Assembly: GCA_951406725.2 (NCBI GenBank)
Contig: OX597823.1
Location: forward strand, 36,208,001 to 36,272,000
Length of the DNA stretch: 64,000 bases
Direction: 5' to 3'
Source: Octopus vulgaris
Taxonomy: Eukaryota
The translations under genes and the position numbers were made by a program. Shown here piece by piece: positions 13,026-24,282 of the stretch. The notes beneath the pieces were generated by a model, which made no database searches, was not told the DNA's origin, and was given only the letters and a program-made list of their open reading frames with translations. Numbering within the stretch: position 1 is the stretch's first letter; each line of letters begins with the position of its first letter.

Positions 13026-15467
13026 CATCCACACTTAAAATAAAAAGATATATGCTTGTATTAAACAGTAATATTTCCAGTGACTTCACAAAGTGGATAA
13101 GGAATTCCACATGATAAATTACAAAGTTATGGTTGGTGTGTATCTGGGACAAGTACATCTTGCCCTACTTACTTTTGTTTTGACATTGCTAAAAATGAAA
13201 GCAAGGTTACCATAAAATAATGATGTGTGTGAGGTTAGTTTCAGCAGAGGAAAGCCAACCAGATGTTAAAACAATTTCTCAATCAATTCATGCACAAATT
13301 TCCAAATTTGATCAATGTCTCCATCCAGGCTAGAATTGTAAAACATGTAATTTCAAAATAAACTTAAAATAGAGAATTAGTTTGACCAGAAGAAATTAAG
13401 AGATTTCAGCACAATTTATGAAAGTCAAGTACTTGATGTCCATCACCACCACTACTACTCCTGCTAGCAAACCCTTTAACCTCATATTCACCAAATACTT
13501 CATCACAACGTCCACCACTATTAAACCCACTCACACAAACTCTCTCTCTCAGCCCTGCTGTATATTAATATGGACCCTTTATAATATAACTTATTACGGA
13601 ATAAACTCTTACCAGTCTTGAATTCTAGCAATTAACTTTAATTTTCAAATATATTTCTTCAGTTTGACTCTAGTTGTAAATCAGCAGTGAATGTCATATC
13701 TAGAAAGGATTAACTCAATTGATTTCACAGGAAAGGAAAACAAAGGTTTTGATATTTTTTTCAAAGAGCAGAAGCAAACTAACAGAAGAAAGAGAAAAAA
13801 AATCTAGTCAGGAATAAAAACTGGATCACTGACTTAGCTTGCTACTTGTTTATTGCTGTCTTTGGTAGCAGCTCTAATTCATCAAATACATAGTTATAAT
13901 AATTTAAAAAATTGTAATACTGGAAACTCAACCAGCAAGTATCAATCATAGCCATTGTTATAATGTTTTTTTCCATGCAGGTATGGGAGTTGACTGAGTA
14001 CACCTTACATCTGAGTGCCAGTAAATATCTAGATTGGTCTAATTCAAAATTACATAAAATAATCACAAATAAAAGAAGCAGAATCGTAGCAATCTAAGAT
14101 TCTAAATCATGTACCCTGTTTGATAACGTACCAAATTGGCAATATATATCCAGGCAGCATTCATTAGTTTTGCAGACCAAAGAGGAAGATGGACAACACC
14201 TCCATAAATGACAGTCAAATCCCAATCCTTGATTTATCAACTTGGTCATAGATCTCATATAACACTAGAGTTTCTTGTGTACATAGTTGTATGTGAGATA
14301 TAATTTCATGTAAAATATCCCTCAAATTATAATTATATCATCTTCATAAAAGGAGATATACATCAAAATGAAGTATAGAGATGGCTGGTCAGGGCTGGAT
14401 TGCCTTTGGTGATCTGTCTACTAGATTTAGCTTGATCTGGAGTTAAACAGTATAAAATAACAACTCCATCACTTTAAAACACAAGATTTACAGGCAGACT
14501 GTCACCATTTTATAGTAACATAGCAAGATAGGAAACACAAAAGCACACTTTCTGTGAGAGTTAAAGATCTGCCATCAAATTTTGGCATTAGGGGTACATT
14601 CTGATATGAAACCATTTTAATCCAACCCTACAACTCAAAAAAAAAAAAACACTGTTTAATGACAACCTAACAAACTCTGTTACAAAAATTACATAACCTG
14701 TTAAGATGATCTTCCAATTCCTAAAGACTTAAGTAAGCTTTGCTTCAGAGTAAAAATAAACTAACCACTTATTAAGGTTATCTCTACAAATTTTCTATTT
14801 TGTTATGATGTTTCATAGCCAAGAAACCTGATGTAAACAAGGAGATCGAAGACGAAAAATGGGTAAGGCATCTCAGTTATGAAACACTGTAATAAAATCA
14901 GTGTTGGATATAAATTCTATAGAAAATCTGTAGAAATAACCTTAACAAGTGATGTAATAGCACTGCTAACACAGTAGAACACAGTATTGACTTATAAAAA
15001 TACTACTTTGTAGTATATTATAGTTGCATAATGACATACAGCATCCCAACAAGTCACTAAAACTAACCACTATACAACACTGGAATATCCCACTCTATTC
15101 TACCTTACTCCCACATCTCTATCAAGACCTACTGCCACACCACCTCAATCAGGGATCACTATTCCTATCACCATATCTCCTGTATCATGGATCATTCACA
15201 TCCCTATTTTGAATAACTCCCACATAACAAGCCAGTACTGCACACTGCCACATTCAATATCTCATAGTGGCTGACTGTGAAAGCCAACTGCTACCTTTAC
15301 AATGTCTTGTATCACTAAATGAATAATGAAATGAGAAAGAAACTGAAAAAAACCCACCAAATCACAAATGGTTCCATTTCAAAAATATAAAGAAAAAATT
15401 CAACAGAAGCAAGAATCATATCTGCTTATGTACGTATATATATATACATCCATATATATATCACGTA

Positions 15468-15908
15468 GCACCATCCGTTCGTGGCCATTGCCAGCCTCAC
15501 CTGGCACCCGTGCCGGTGGCACGTAAAAGCACCATCCGTTCGTGGCCGTTGCCAGCCTCGCCTGGCCCCCGTGCCAGTGGCATGTAAAAAGCACCATCCG
15601 ATCGTGGCCGTTTGCCAGCTCCGTCTGGCAACTGTGCGGGTGGCATGTAAAAAGCACCATCCGATCGTGGCCGTTGCCAGCCTCGCCTGGCCCCTGTGCC
15701 AGTGGCACTTAAAAAGCACCATCCGTCCATGGCTGTTTGCCAGCTCCGTCTGGCACCTGTGCGGGTGGCACGTAAAAAGCACCCACTACACTCACGGAGT
15801 GGTTGGCGTTAGGAAGGGCATCCAGCCGTAGAAACACTGCCAGATCAGACTGGGCCTGATGCAGCCTTCTGGCTTCACAGACCCCAGTTGAACCGTCCAA
15901 CCCATGCT
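15468..15908 (+). repeat. RTE 3'-UTR fragment with five tandem 61-63 bp GC-rich units
   Basis: Units start at 15468, 15529, 15591, 15654 and 15716. They are followed by 'gcacccactacactc...ggaagggcatccagc...ccaacccatgcta', which is attached to RTE ORF ends at 17590-18565, 30295-30852 and 40607-41565. Confidence 0.85.
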
Positions 15909-16204
15909 ATATAAGAGAACAAAGTGTATGTACGCTGCTATATATAAATACATAAAATACAAAATGGGACAAGAATGCAAAACATCCGAACAACTAGGTG
16001 ATACAAAAAGGGACAACAAAACATCTAGATAGACAATGCAAAAAAATAAAGGACAGGTCATTCGAAGCTTTTTATCCTCAGTCAAGAACCGGATCATCCT
16101 CGCAATTTTAGCTGATTAATCTTGAGATTGCTCCAAGGAATCTAATGCTCTTAGCTTAGTTTTTCCTTGGGGCTGGCCAGATTGGAGGGATAATTTACGG
16201 AATT

Positions 16205-16532
16205 CCACTTCACTCTCATCTGAATGCATTTCTCTACAGCAAAATCTATGTCTATAGATGGCTAGAGTGAAATCACATCCATACTACCCACTACACAACC
16301 TGTGAGGTCGTTGGAGTGGTTACAAGTACTGATTTTACTGAGGAGATCTTCCGTATTCACACAGACATCCGGAGACATCTCTATGAGAGGTTGCAATACC
16401 TGTGAGAGGAAGTAGAACAGTCTGTAGTTGCTGGAGATGTTCAATTTGCAAACTTGTCTGGTTGGAGGCCCCACAACAGGGTTTATGTAGGGTTTGTGGT
16501 CTTTGTGTAACCCATATAGTGTAGGAACATCA
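16205..16532 (-). mobile_element. Penelope-like element RT fragment
   Basis: PTLYGLHKDHK...GPPTRQV...NYRL...EDLL...GSMDVISL*PSIDIDFAVEKC matches the PLE RT pattern LYGLPKxHK...PxRPI...SxDVxSLYPSI. Confidence 0.8.
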
Positions 16533-17399
16533 CTGAATATGCAGAATACGTACATACAGATGCACATACATATATACATATGCATACACACACATATATA
16601 CATACACACACATGCATACATACACACATACATACATACGTACATGCATGCATGGTCACACACACACTGACCCACACATATGCGCTCAAACAAACAAAAA
16701 GGAACGCACTGTAAATAACAGACAAAGTCAAGACTATTGAAAAGGTTGGAAGATGCAACGAAAATTTTAGGAAAATAAAAATAAGAAATAAGTGTAAATT
16801 TTATGGGTGAGTGTTTTAAATTATAAGGCACAAAAAGAAAATGGCTCTCCCCAGACATAACAGAATATGCTTCAACACACGATCTCATATAAAGAATCAT
16901 GCAAACGAAATCCAAAATTGAAATAGTTAATTTAAGTTAAGATACATACATTTATTATATTATTTATATTGTTATTATTATCATTATTATTATTATTATT
17001 ATAGACTTGATGAGTGACTATATTTTTAAATAGAATTAATTTTAGATGGATTTAGTTTTAATCGAATTGATTGTTTTATTATTATCTATTTGAAAATATA
17101 GCCATAAAACGCACGTAGTCTATTTACTATTTATTGTTTATGTACTTTATTGATTTTTAGATTAATGTTTTCTATAGTATATTTAACTTTTTCTATGTGA
17201 TGTGAATAACGTCTTTCACTGTTAAATTGTTTAATAGAGATTTTTCTCTAAATTTTACACACACACACATTTCCATATATATATCATCATCATCATCATC
17301 ATCATTTAATGTCTGCTTTCCATGCTGGCATGGGTTGGATGGTGTCTCTGTGTGTGCTTGTGTATGTATATCTATGTGTGTGTATTTTTCTGTCTGTGT

Positions 17400-17585
17400 T
17401 TGTCCTTCCACCACCACTTGACAACCAGTGTTGCTGTGTTTGCATTCCTTTAACTTAGTGGTTTGGCAAAAGAAACTGATAGAATAACTACCAGGCTTAA
17501 AAAAGAAGTACTGGGGTTGATTCAACAACTAAAAATTGAAGGCGGTACCCCAGCATGATCAGTCTAATGACTGAAACAAGGAAAA
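17400..17585 (+). mobile_element. SINE family A, 3' half
   Basis: Matches 39755-39935 (cttgacaacc...gatagaataa...atgactgaaacaag). Confidence 0.7.
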
Positions 17586-17589
17586 GGTA

Positions 17590-18565
17590 AGTAGGAAAAC
17601 AGACAAATCACAAATTCCTTCAAGGATATGACCCTGCTTGATATGTAGATAAGATGCAGGTAGAAATTCCATAAGGTGTACCCAGTGCAAGCTATAGACA
17701 CATAAGAGGTAAAACACTATTAAAGAAAGTAGTCTTTATGTATGCAGATACAATAAAAACTAGGAATGCACAAAAAAAAACAGACTTTGCCCAATATCAG
17801 GGGAGGGGAGATACTTAAAAGTAGTAGATGGCTTCTGTTGCCTAGGTGACCAAGTCAGAAGTGGAGGAGGATGCTCTGAGAGTGTAGCAGCTAGAATAAA
17901 AATAGGCTGGGCAAAGTCCAAAGAGCTTCTACTTTTGTTGGTAACAAAGGGCCTCTCCCTCAAAGTGAAAAGCAGATGCCTGGTGCAAACAGCCATGCTG
18001 CTTGGCAATGGAACATGGGCTGTGACTACAGAGGACATGCAAAGGCTTGAAACAAATGAAGTGAACATGCTCCACTGGATGTGCAATGTCAGTATGCACA
18101 TACAACAAAGTCCCAAGTATCCTAAGAGAAAAATTGGATATAAGAGACATCAGGTGTAGTGTGCAAGAGAGAAGACTGTGCTGGTATGGTCATGCAGTGC
18201 ATATGGACAGGGACACCTGCATAAGGAAATGTCAATCCCTAATTGTGGAAAGAACCTGCAGAAGAGGTAGATTCAGGAAGACGTGGGTCATGGTGGTGAA
18301 ATGTGATCTTTGAATGTTGAGTCTAAGGGAGGTTATGACAAGTGACTGAGACTTCTGGTGAATCGCTTTGCTTGAAATGACACATTAAGCTAAGTGAAAT
18401 CATGTTCATGGCCAGTGCTGGTGAGATATAAAAGACACCCAGTACACTCTGTGGAGTGGTTGGTACTAGGAAAAGCATCCAGCTGTAGAAACCAGGCCAA
18501 AATCGCCTGGAGCAGCTTTCCAGTGTACCATGTCAGCATGAGAACAGATGTTAAATGATGTTGAT
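17590..18565 (+). mobile_element. 5'-truncated RTE LINE (second family) with 3' UTR
   Basis: PCLICR..RNSIRCTQCKL.THKR, FCCLGD, LVTKGLSLKVK, AMLLGNGTWAV and RRLCWYGH. The 3' UTR ends in ttaaatgatgttgat. Confidence 0.85.
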
Positions 18566-18584
18566 ATATCTTTTACCTATTTCT

Positions 18585-18880
18585 TGTTTCAGTTGTTAGA
18601 CTGCGGCCAAGCTGAGGCACCACCTTGAAGAAGTTTTAGTCAAATTAATCAATCCCAGTACTTATTTTTTGTTAAGCCTGGTACTTATTCTATCAGACTC
18701 TTATTGCTGAACCACTGAGTTACAAGAGATGTAAACACACCAACACCAGTTGTCAATAGTGGTGGGGTACAAACACATACACACACGGAGCTTCTTTCAG
18801 TTTCTACCTACCAAATCCACTTGTAAGGTTTTGGTTGACCTGAGACTATAGTAAAAAGGTACTTGCCCAAAGTGCCATGG
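18585..18880 (-). mobile_element. SINE family A copy, decayed
   Basis: Reverse complement of most of 39600-39935. Confidence 0.7.
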
Positions 18881-19005
18881 CATGATACATCTTCATCATA
18901 TACATATATTATTAATATTTAGCAGAAACAACAGAGTAACTCATGGGGTAAGAGTGTCATGTGTTAGCACATCTACCTTTCTTGTTTGTATCACCAAACC
19001 TCTGT

Positions 19006-19048
<43 letters not shown>

Positions 19049-19707
19049 CACACACACGTGCTTGCATGCGTGTGTAAAAAAAGGAAACACCAACTTATAA
19101 ACTTTGAGCTAAGTAGACTAAGGATAGAAATTTAGAGAAGAAGAAAGTGAAAAAGAGCAAGAAAAGTAAAAAATCTATAAATTAAAGCAGTCAAGAAATA
19201 GCAGAAAAAAATCTTATCTGTGACTAGTACCCTACAAGAGTGGCGGCCAGAAAAGAAAGGTATTAAGCCAATATGAAACAAAACTCTGAACTAAAAGAAT
19301 TGATAGAAGATTTAAGATTAAACTGAAGCTTTAGGGAAAACAAAAATCTTAAATCAAGAAGCTAACACCAACAGTAGACTATAATATCAACATAAAGAAA
19401 GATAAGGTTAGGATATTCTAAGATAAAGTTTTGTCTGGAATAACAGGAAACAGGATTTGATTAAAAGAAGAAAAAAATTACTAAAAATAAATACCAAAGT
19501 CCAGCTCACATTTAACACCTCATTCTAATATTGACATAATTCAATGAAATAACTCATACTTCACATATTCCAGTCAGTCACAGGTACCAAATAAAACAAT
19601 TTTGTCTACATCTTAGGAACATAAATGTATATAGTGGCACAGAGAGAAATGCCAAAGATTGTAACTGTTACAAACTACTAGAAACATAGAGTAATAGTAA
19701 TAATATT

Positions 19708-19921
19708 GGTTTCAAATTTTGACACAAGGCTAGCAATTTCAAGGGAGGGGATAAGTTGAATAAATTGACCCCAGTACTCAACAGGTACTTAGTTTATTGA
19801 CCCCAAAAGGATGAAAGGCAAAATTGACCTTGATGGAATTTGAATTCAAATCATAGGGACAGATGAAATTTCACTAAGCATCCTGCCTGGCATGCAAATT
19901 ATTCTGTCATCTTGCTACCTC
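19708..19921 (-). mobile_element. SINE family B copy
   Basis: Similarity to other family B copies. TAA-like repeats on both flanks. Confidence 0.7.
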
Positions 19922-21844
19922 AGTAATAATAATATTAACAATAACAATATTTTATGAAGAAAATTGCATTAATTCATCAGATTTGTAACTTAAACCACAA
20001 GTAATGAAAATAACAATTAAGTCATATTAAGTTGTGTTCTGTACACTATTTTCACTGCGCAATTAAAAAACTCTGTTTAGGCTGATCTCCCAACACAAAA
20101 TATTATTAGTTTAGTTTGTTAAGACTGACTCAAATGTGTAATAATATCTAAAACATTCATTACAAGTCCCTATGGATGTATTCCATCTTTTTTTTTATTA
20201 TTATACATAAAGACTATTTACTAGAATTACAAAAGTTTTGAAAGGAGACTTCTTAAATTTAGATATTGAACAATAATCCAGTTATTTGTATTTTCCCCAT
20301 TCCTTTGTATCACAGTAAAACAGAAAAATATATCAGTCAAGGTTGATTCTCTCTACTTGCAACTGAGAAATCCCTCTCCACAGAGGCCTAGGTAAGCTCT
20401 CTTAATAGAAGTCCAAAGTCACTTCCCCACCAACTGCCCATGCTATTGATGTTGTCCAAAGGAAATATAGTAAATATTGTTATGACTTAGCATCCATGTT
20501 GTTACTGGCAAACTCTGAGTGTAATGAGCCAGAACAAATGTCACAAAATATTTGGTTGAATCCTAAAAATAATTCTGCCAATCTACTACTAGACATGTAT
20601 TTTATTGAATTCAGAAGAATAAAAGGCAAAGCTGACTTCAGTGGAATTTGAACTCAGAATATAATGAACCAGAACAAATCCTGCAAGGATTTTAGTCCAA
20701 TACTTTTATGATCCTGCCAGTCCACCACCTTAATACAGGAACATCACAACTTTAATAGCTTTACTATGACAGATCAGTAAGATTTCTGATAAAACATCAT
20801 ATAAATTGATCAAAGAATTTAATCAATGGCCCGAGATATTAATGATTTGTTTGTTTGCCACAAGGACAGGAAAAAAACAAAAACAGGGTTGTTAAAAAGA
20901 TAATTACAAATTGCCAGATAGCCTTCTTCCCAAACATAAAATAATTCAACAACTACTTTGCCTACCTTCCTTATGACCACCATCATACAGAAATAGATTG
21001 GACAAGCATGGACTGCACTACTGTATGTCCTCAACTGCACTATGGTCCTCAACTAGATGGCTGTATATCCAGATATGGGCTAGCAGTTTGAACCTAGTTG
21101 CTTGAACAACTTGACTATGTAATAAATCTACTCAACCAGAACTGACTTAAGGTTACACAACAAAACACCTTTGCACTTAAATAATCATTTAATTAGGTTT
21201 AAAAAGCCTTTATACCATCTCTTTTCCATCAAACTTACGTAATCACAACATTTATAAAATGCATTTTTTGTCTCTTATTAAAAAAATTGTCTTGAGATTT
21301 TTAATGACATATTCTAAGCTTTACCAATATAAATGACATGATTTTGAATTATTAGAGATTGGACAAGTTTGACTTGATTCTCGTGTTAGACACACCAAAG
21401 CAGTATGTTAGTAGTTTGGGTCACAAACTACCAGAATTACTGAGGAATACAATGCAGATGAGAATTATATAAGCTTCTACCTCCAACCGTCCTCTAACTC
21501 CTTTGTTTGAGATGGAAGGTTTTTGTTTTTCTTTACAAGCATTATTAGCATCCAAAATTCTACAAACAAAAGATTTTAGTCATCACTCAAAGAAAATCAC
21601 TCTATATTCCTAAATGAAGGCCACTGACAACCAAATGTCAATGACTGACAGAACTTTTTGGTAATGATTGTTACAGACTGTAACAAGAAACTAGAGTTTG
21701 TTTTTAACTTTCACATATTGGATACTAAAGAAGAGCTACAGCATTTAAAAAGAAACTGAGTTGAGTATAATACTCTACAAGTATGCAGTATGAGTGTACA
21801 TCATACAGTTGAATACAGAATTGAGCATACTCAATAGAATATGT

Positions 21845-22148
21845 GTGGAGGCGCAATGGCCCAGTGGTTAGGGCAGCGGACTCGCGGTCGTAGGTTCGCG
21901 GTTTCGATTCCCAGACCGGCTGTTGTGAGTGTTTATTGAGCGAAAACACCTATAGCTCCACGAGGCTCTGGCAGGGGATGGTGGCGATCCCTGCTGTACT
22001 CTTTCGCCACAACTTTCTCTCATCTTTCTTCTGTTGGCCTGCTCAGTTAGCCAGCGAGGTGGCGTCATCTGAAGGCTAAAACAATGCGAAGCGCATTGTG
22101 ACCAGCGATGTGTAGCAACATCTGATAGCCTGGTCGGTCACGTGGTGG
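21845..22148 (+). mobile_element. Young tRNA-derived SINE (family C) with perfect 14-bp TSD
   Basis: A box TGGCCCAGTGG and B box GTTTCGATTCC. CpGs are intact. Flanked by the direct repeat TCAATAGAATATGT at 21831-21844 and 22149-22162. Confidence 0.92.
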
Positions 22149-23717
22149 TCAATAGAATATGTAGTTTGAACCTCAAAGAGAGGAGAAAGAGATGGCTGTA
22201 TAAGTATGAACATATGATGTGATTGAGTGGCACCCACTGGAAGAAGTGATAATGAAGAGTCAGTTATAAGAAGCCAGACAAACTAAAGAAGACTTAGGCT
22301 TCTACTTGTAGAATGATAATGTATTTTTACTACAGACAACAATAAACACACTGATACCAGCTCACTAGGATTGAACTTTTAACCAATCCCAGTACTTCAA
22401 CAGAGCCAAAACGCTCTCACCACCACTGCCACCTCCACCATGAAAAAGCCATTACTTTAATTCTTAATTTGCTTTCTTTTAATTAAAAAGTTTTACAAAA
22501 TAGGCAATTTGACAAATAAGGAAAACAGAAAAAAATAAAAGTTGAAACAAAAAGAAGTCAACAATAGAGAGAATGTGAAAGAAAAGGTAGAAAATATTTC
22601 CAAATGTAACAGAGGGAGGTGAATGAATGAAAAGTAAGAAAAAAAATGAATGAAAATTGAATAAAATGATTAAAAGGGAAATAAAAAATAAATAAATGAG
22701 AAACACACTTGTAAATTAATGTATTAATACTATTACCAATGCCAAAAACATTAAAAATACTTAGAAATAAACTACTACAATAACAACAAAAGAACTGCAA
22801 TAACAATAACAGCATCAGCAGAGTGAGTCTGCAACCTAACTTTGAATGGTATAACCAAAAATACTACAGAAAATGAGACTTTTTGTTAGTTTTTAGTCAT
22901 TGGTGAAAACCTAATGACAATGAAAGCATAAGTTGCTTTGATGAAATGAAAAACACTCCACCCCTACCATACTCAACACCCCAATAAATAATAACTAAAC
23001 AAAAGCCAAAAACAAAAGCTATCTCCTCCCAACCTATTGTTTACATGTTCTGGCAAGTATTACAGTGCAGCAGTGAATTCTAACTGGTGTGACTTGTTAA
23101 GTGTGCAGACTACTTTAGTTTTTCAGTTTGCACTTACACTGCTAACACTTCTGAGGAAGAGATAGTCAATACTATCTTGTCATTTGCTGCAAATACATCA
23201 GGTTGAATGAGCAACCTCTGGCTAAAGAGATCATATGTTGTGTCCTGTCAATGGTACTGAGCTCCATGTATGGACACAATGGTTGTAAATTTCTAACACT
23301 GAAACAAGGTTACAAATTTGGAAATAAGGTAGTGAAATCAACCCCAGTACTTCACTGGCCTTTTATGTTACCACAAGGGATTGTATTCCAACACCTTAAC
23401 AATTCTGTCAATTTGGTTCCTAAATAGGTATCATGTCATGGTACAGCTTACAACTGTATGTAGCATGAACAATGGAGAATTAACAAGTGTTTTGTTTGCT
23501 TATGTTAAAGAACATGCAGACTTATTCACAGTGGCCCCACAATATCACAGTGTAGCCCCTTTGTATCACTAACATGGTCCCTTAATATTACATAATGGAT
23601 TTCATATAAGGTTTTGTTTCAGCAATATGTCTATATCACAGAGAAAAATCATCAACAAGTTCCCTCCCCCAAAATTTCAAGCCTTGTGCCTATAGCAGAA
23701 AAGATTACTATTATTAT

Positions 23718-24020
23718 TGAGTGAGAGAGCAGCACACACCATCAAAGTGATGCTGGGGGACAAATAAATAAAGCCTAATATACCCATCATGACTACCCAT
23801 CAGATAAGGTTACACCAGGCACATGCATCACATGCAACATAGTGACCTCATATCAAGATAAACCGTGCATGACCTTGCAAGTGGGGCCCAGTTAGAAGTT
23901 TCTTCAGGTCAAGTAGCCTATTCCATTCAAAAGGTCCCTGAATAAGGGTTGTTTAAAAATGATGAATGAAGCACTCATGTTTCCAGGGATGAATTATTCA
24001 AACCCCAAAGAATCCCTCTC
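23718..24020 (-). mobile_element. Truncated copy of the ~0.55 kb TAA-associated element (copy 2)
   Basis: Reverse complement of about 57905-58216, with (ATT)n on both sides. Confidence 0.8.
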
Positions 24021-24057
24021 GTTATTATTGTTGTTTCTGTTGTTATCATCATTATTT

Positions 24058-24262
24058 AAGTGACAAGCTGTTAGCACGCCAGGGAAAATGTTTAGAGGCA
24101 TTTTGTCTGTCTTTATGTTTTGAGTTCAAATACCACCAAGGTTGACTTTGCCTTTCATCTTTTCGGGGTCAATAAATTAAGTACAAGTGAAACACTGGAG
24201 TCGGTGTAATCGACCAGTCCCCTCCCAACAAATTTTAGGCTTTGTGCCTTTAGTAAAAAGGA
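24058..24262 (+). mobile_element. SINE family B copy with (ATT)n tail
   Basis: B-box-like GAGTTCAAATA, then the body, then ggatcattattattatt. Confidence 0.75.
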
Positions 24263-24282
24263 TCATTATTATTATTATTATC

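Noticed and set aside
15468-15778. CRISPR-like array (regular ~62-bp period, palindromic units)
   Set aside because: The 'spacers' are themselves repeated variants, there are no cas genes, the context is eukaryotic, and the array is part of an RTE 3' UTR.
16050-16135. Hammerhead ribozyme beside the Penelope fragment (minus strand CTGAGGA...CGAAT)
   Set aside because: The core ends CGAAT rather than GAAA, and stems I-III could not be paired convincingly. An Infernal search on the family consensus would settle it.
21845-21920. tRNA gene (likewise 39528-39600 and 63345-63420)
   Set aside because: These are A/B-box heads of SINEs. They continue into SINE bodies, one has a TSD, and no complete cloverleaf was seen.
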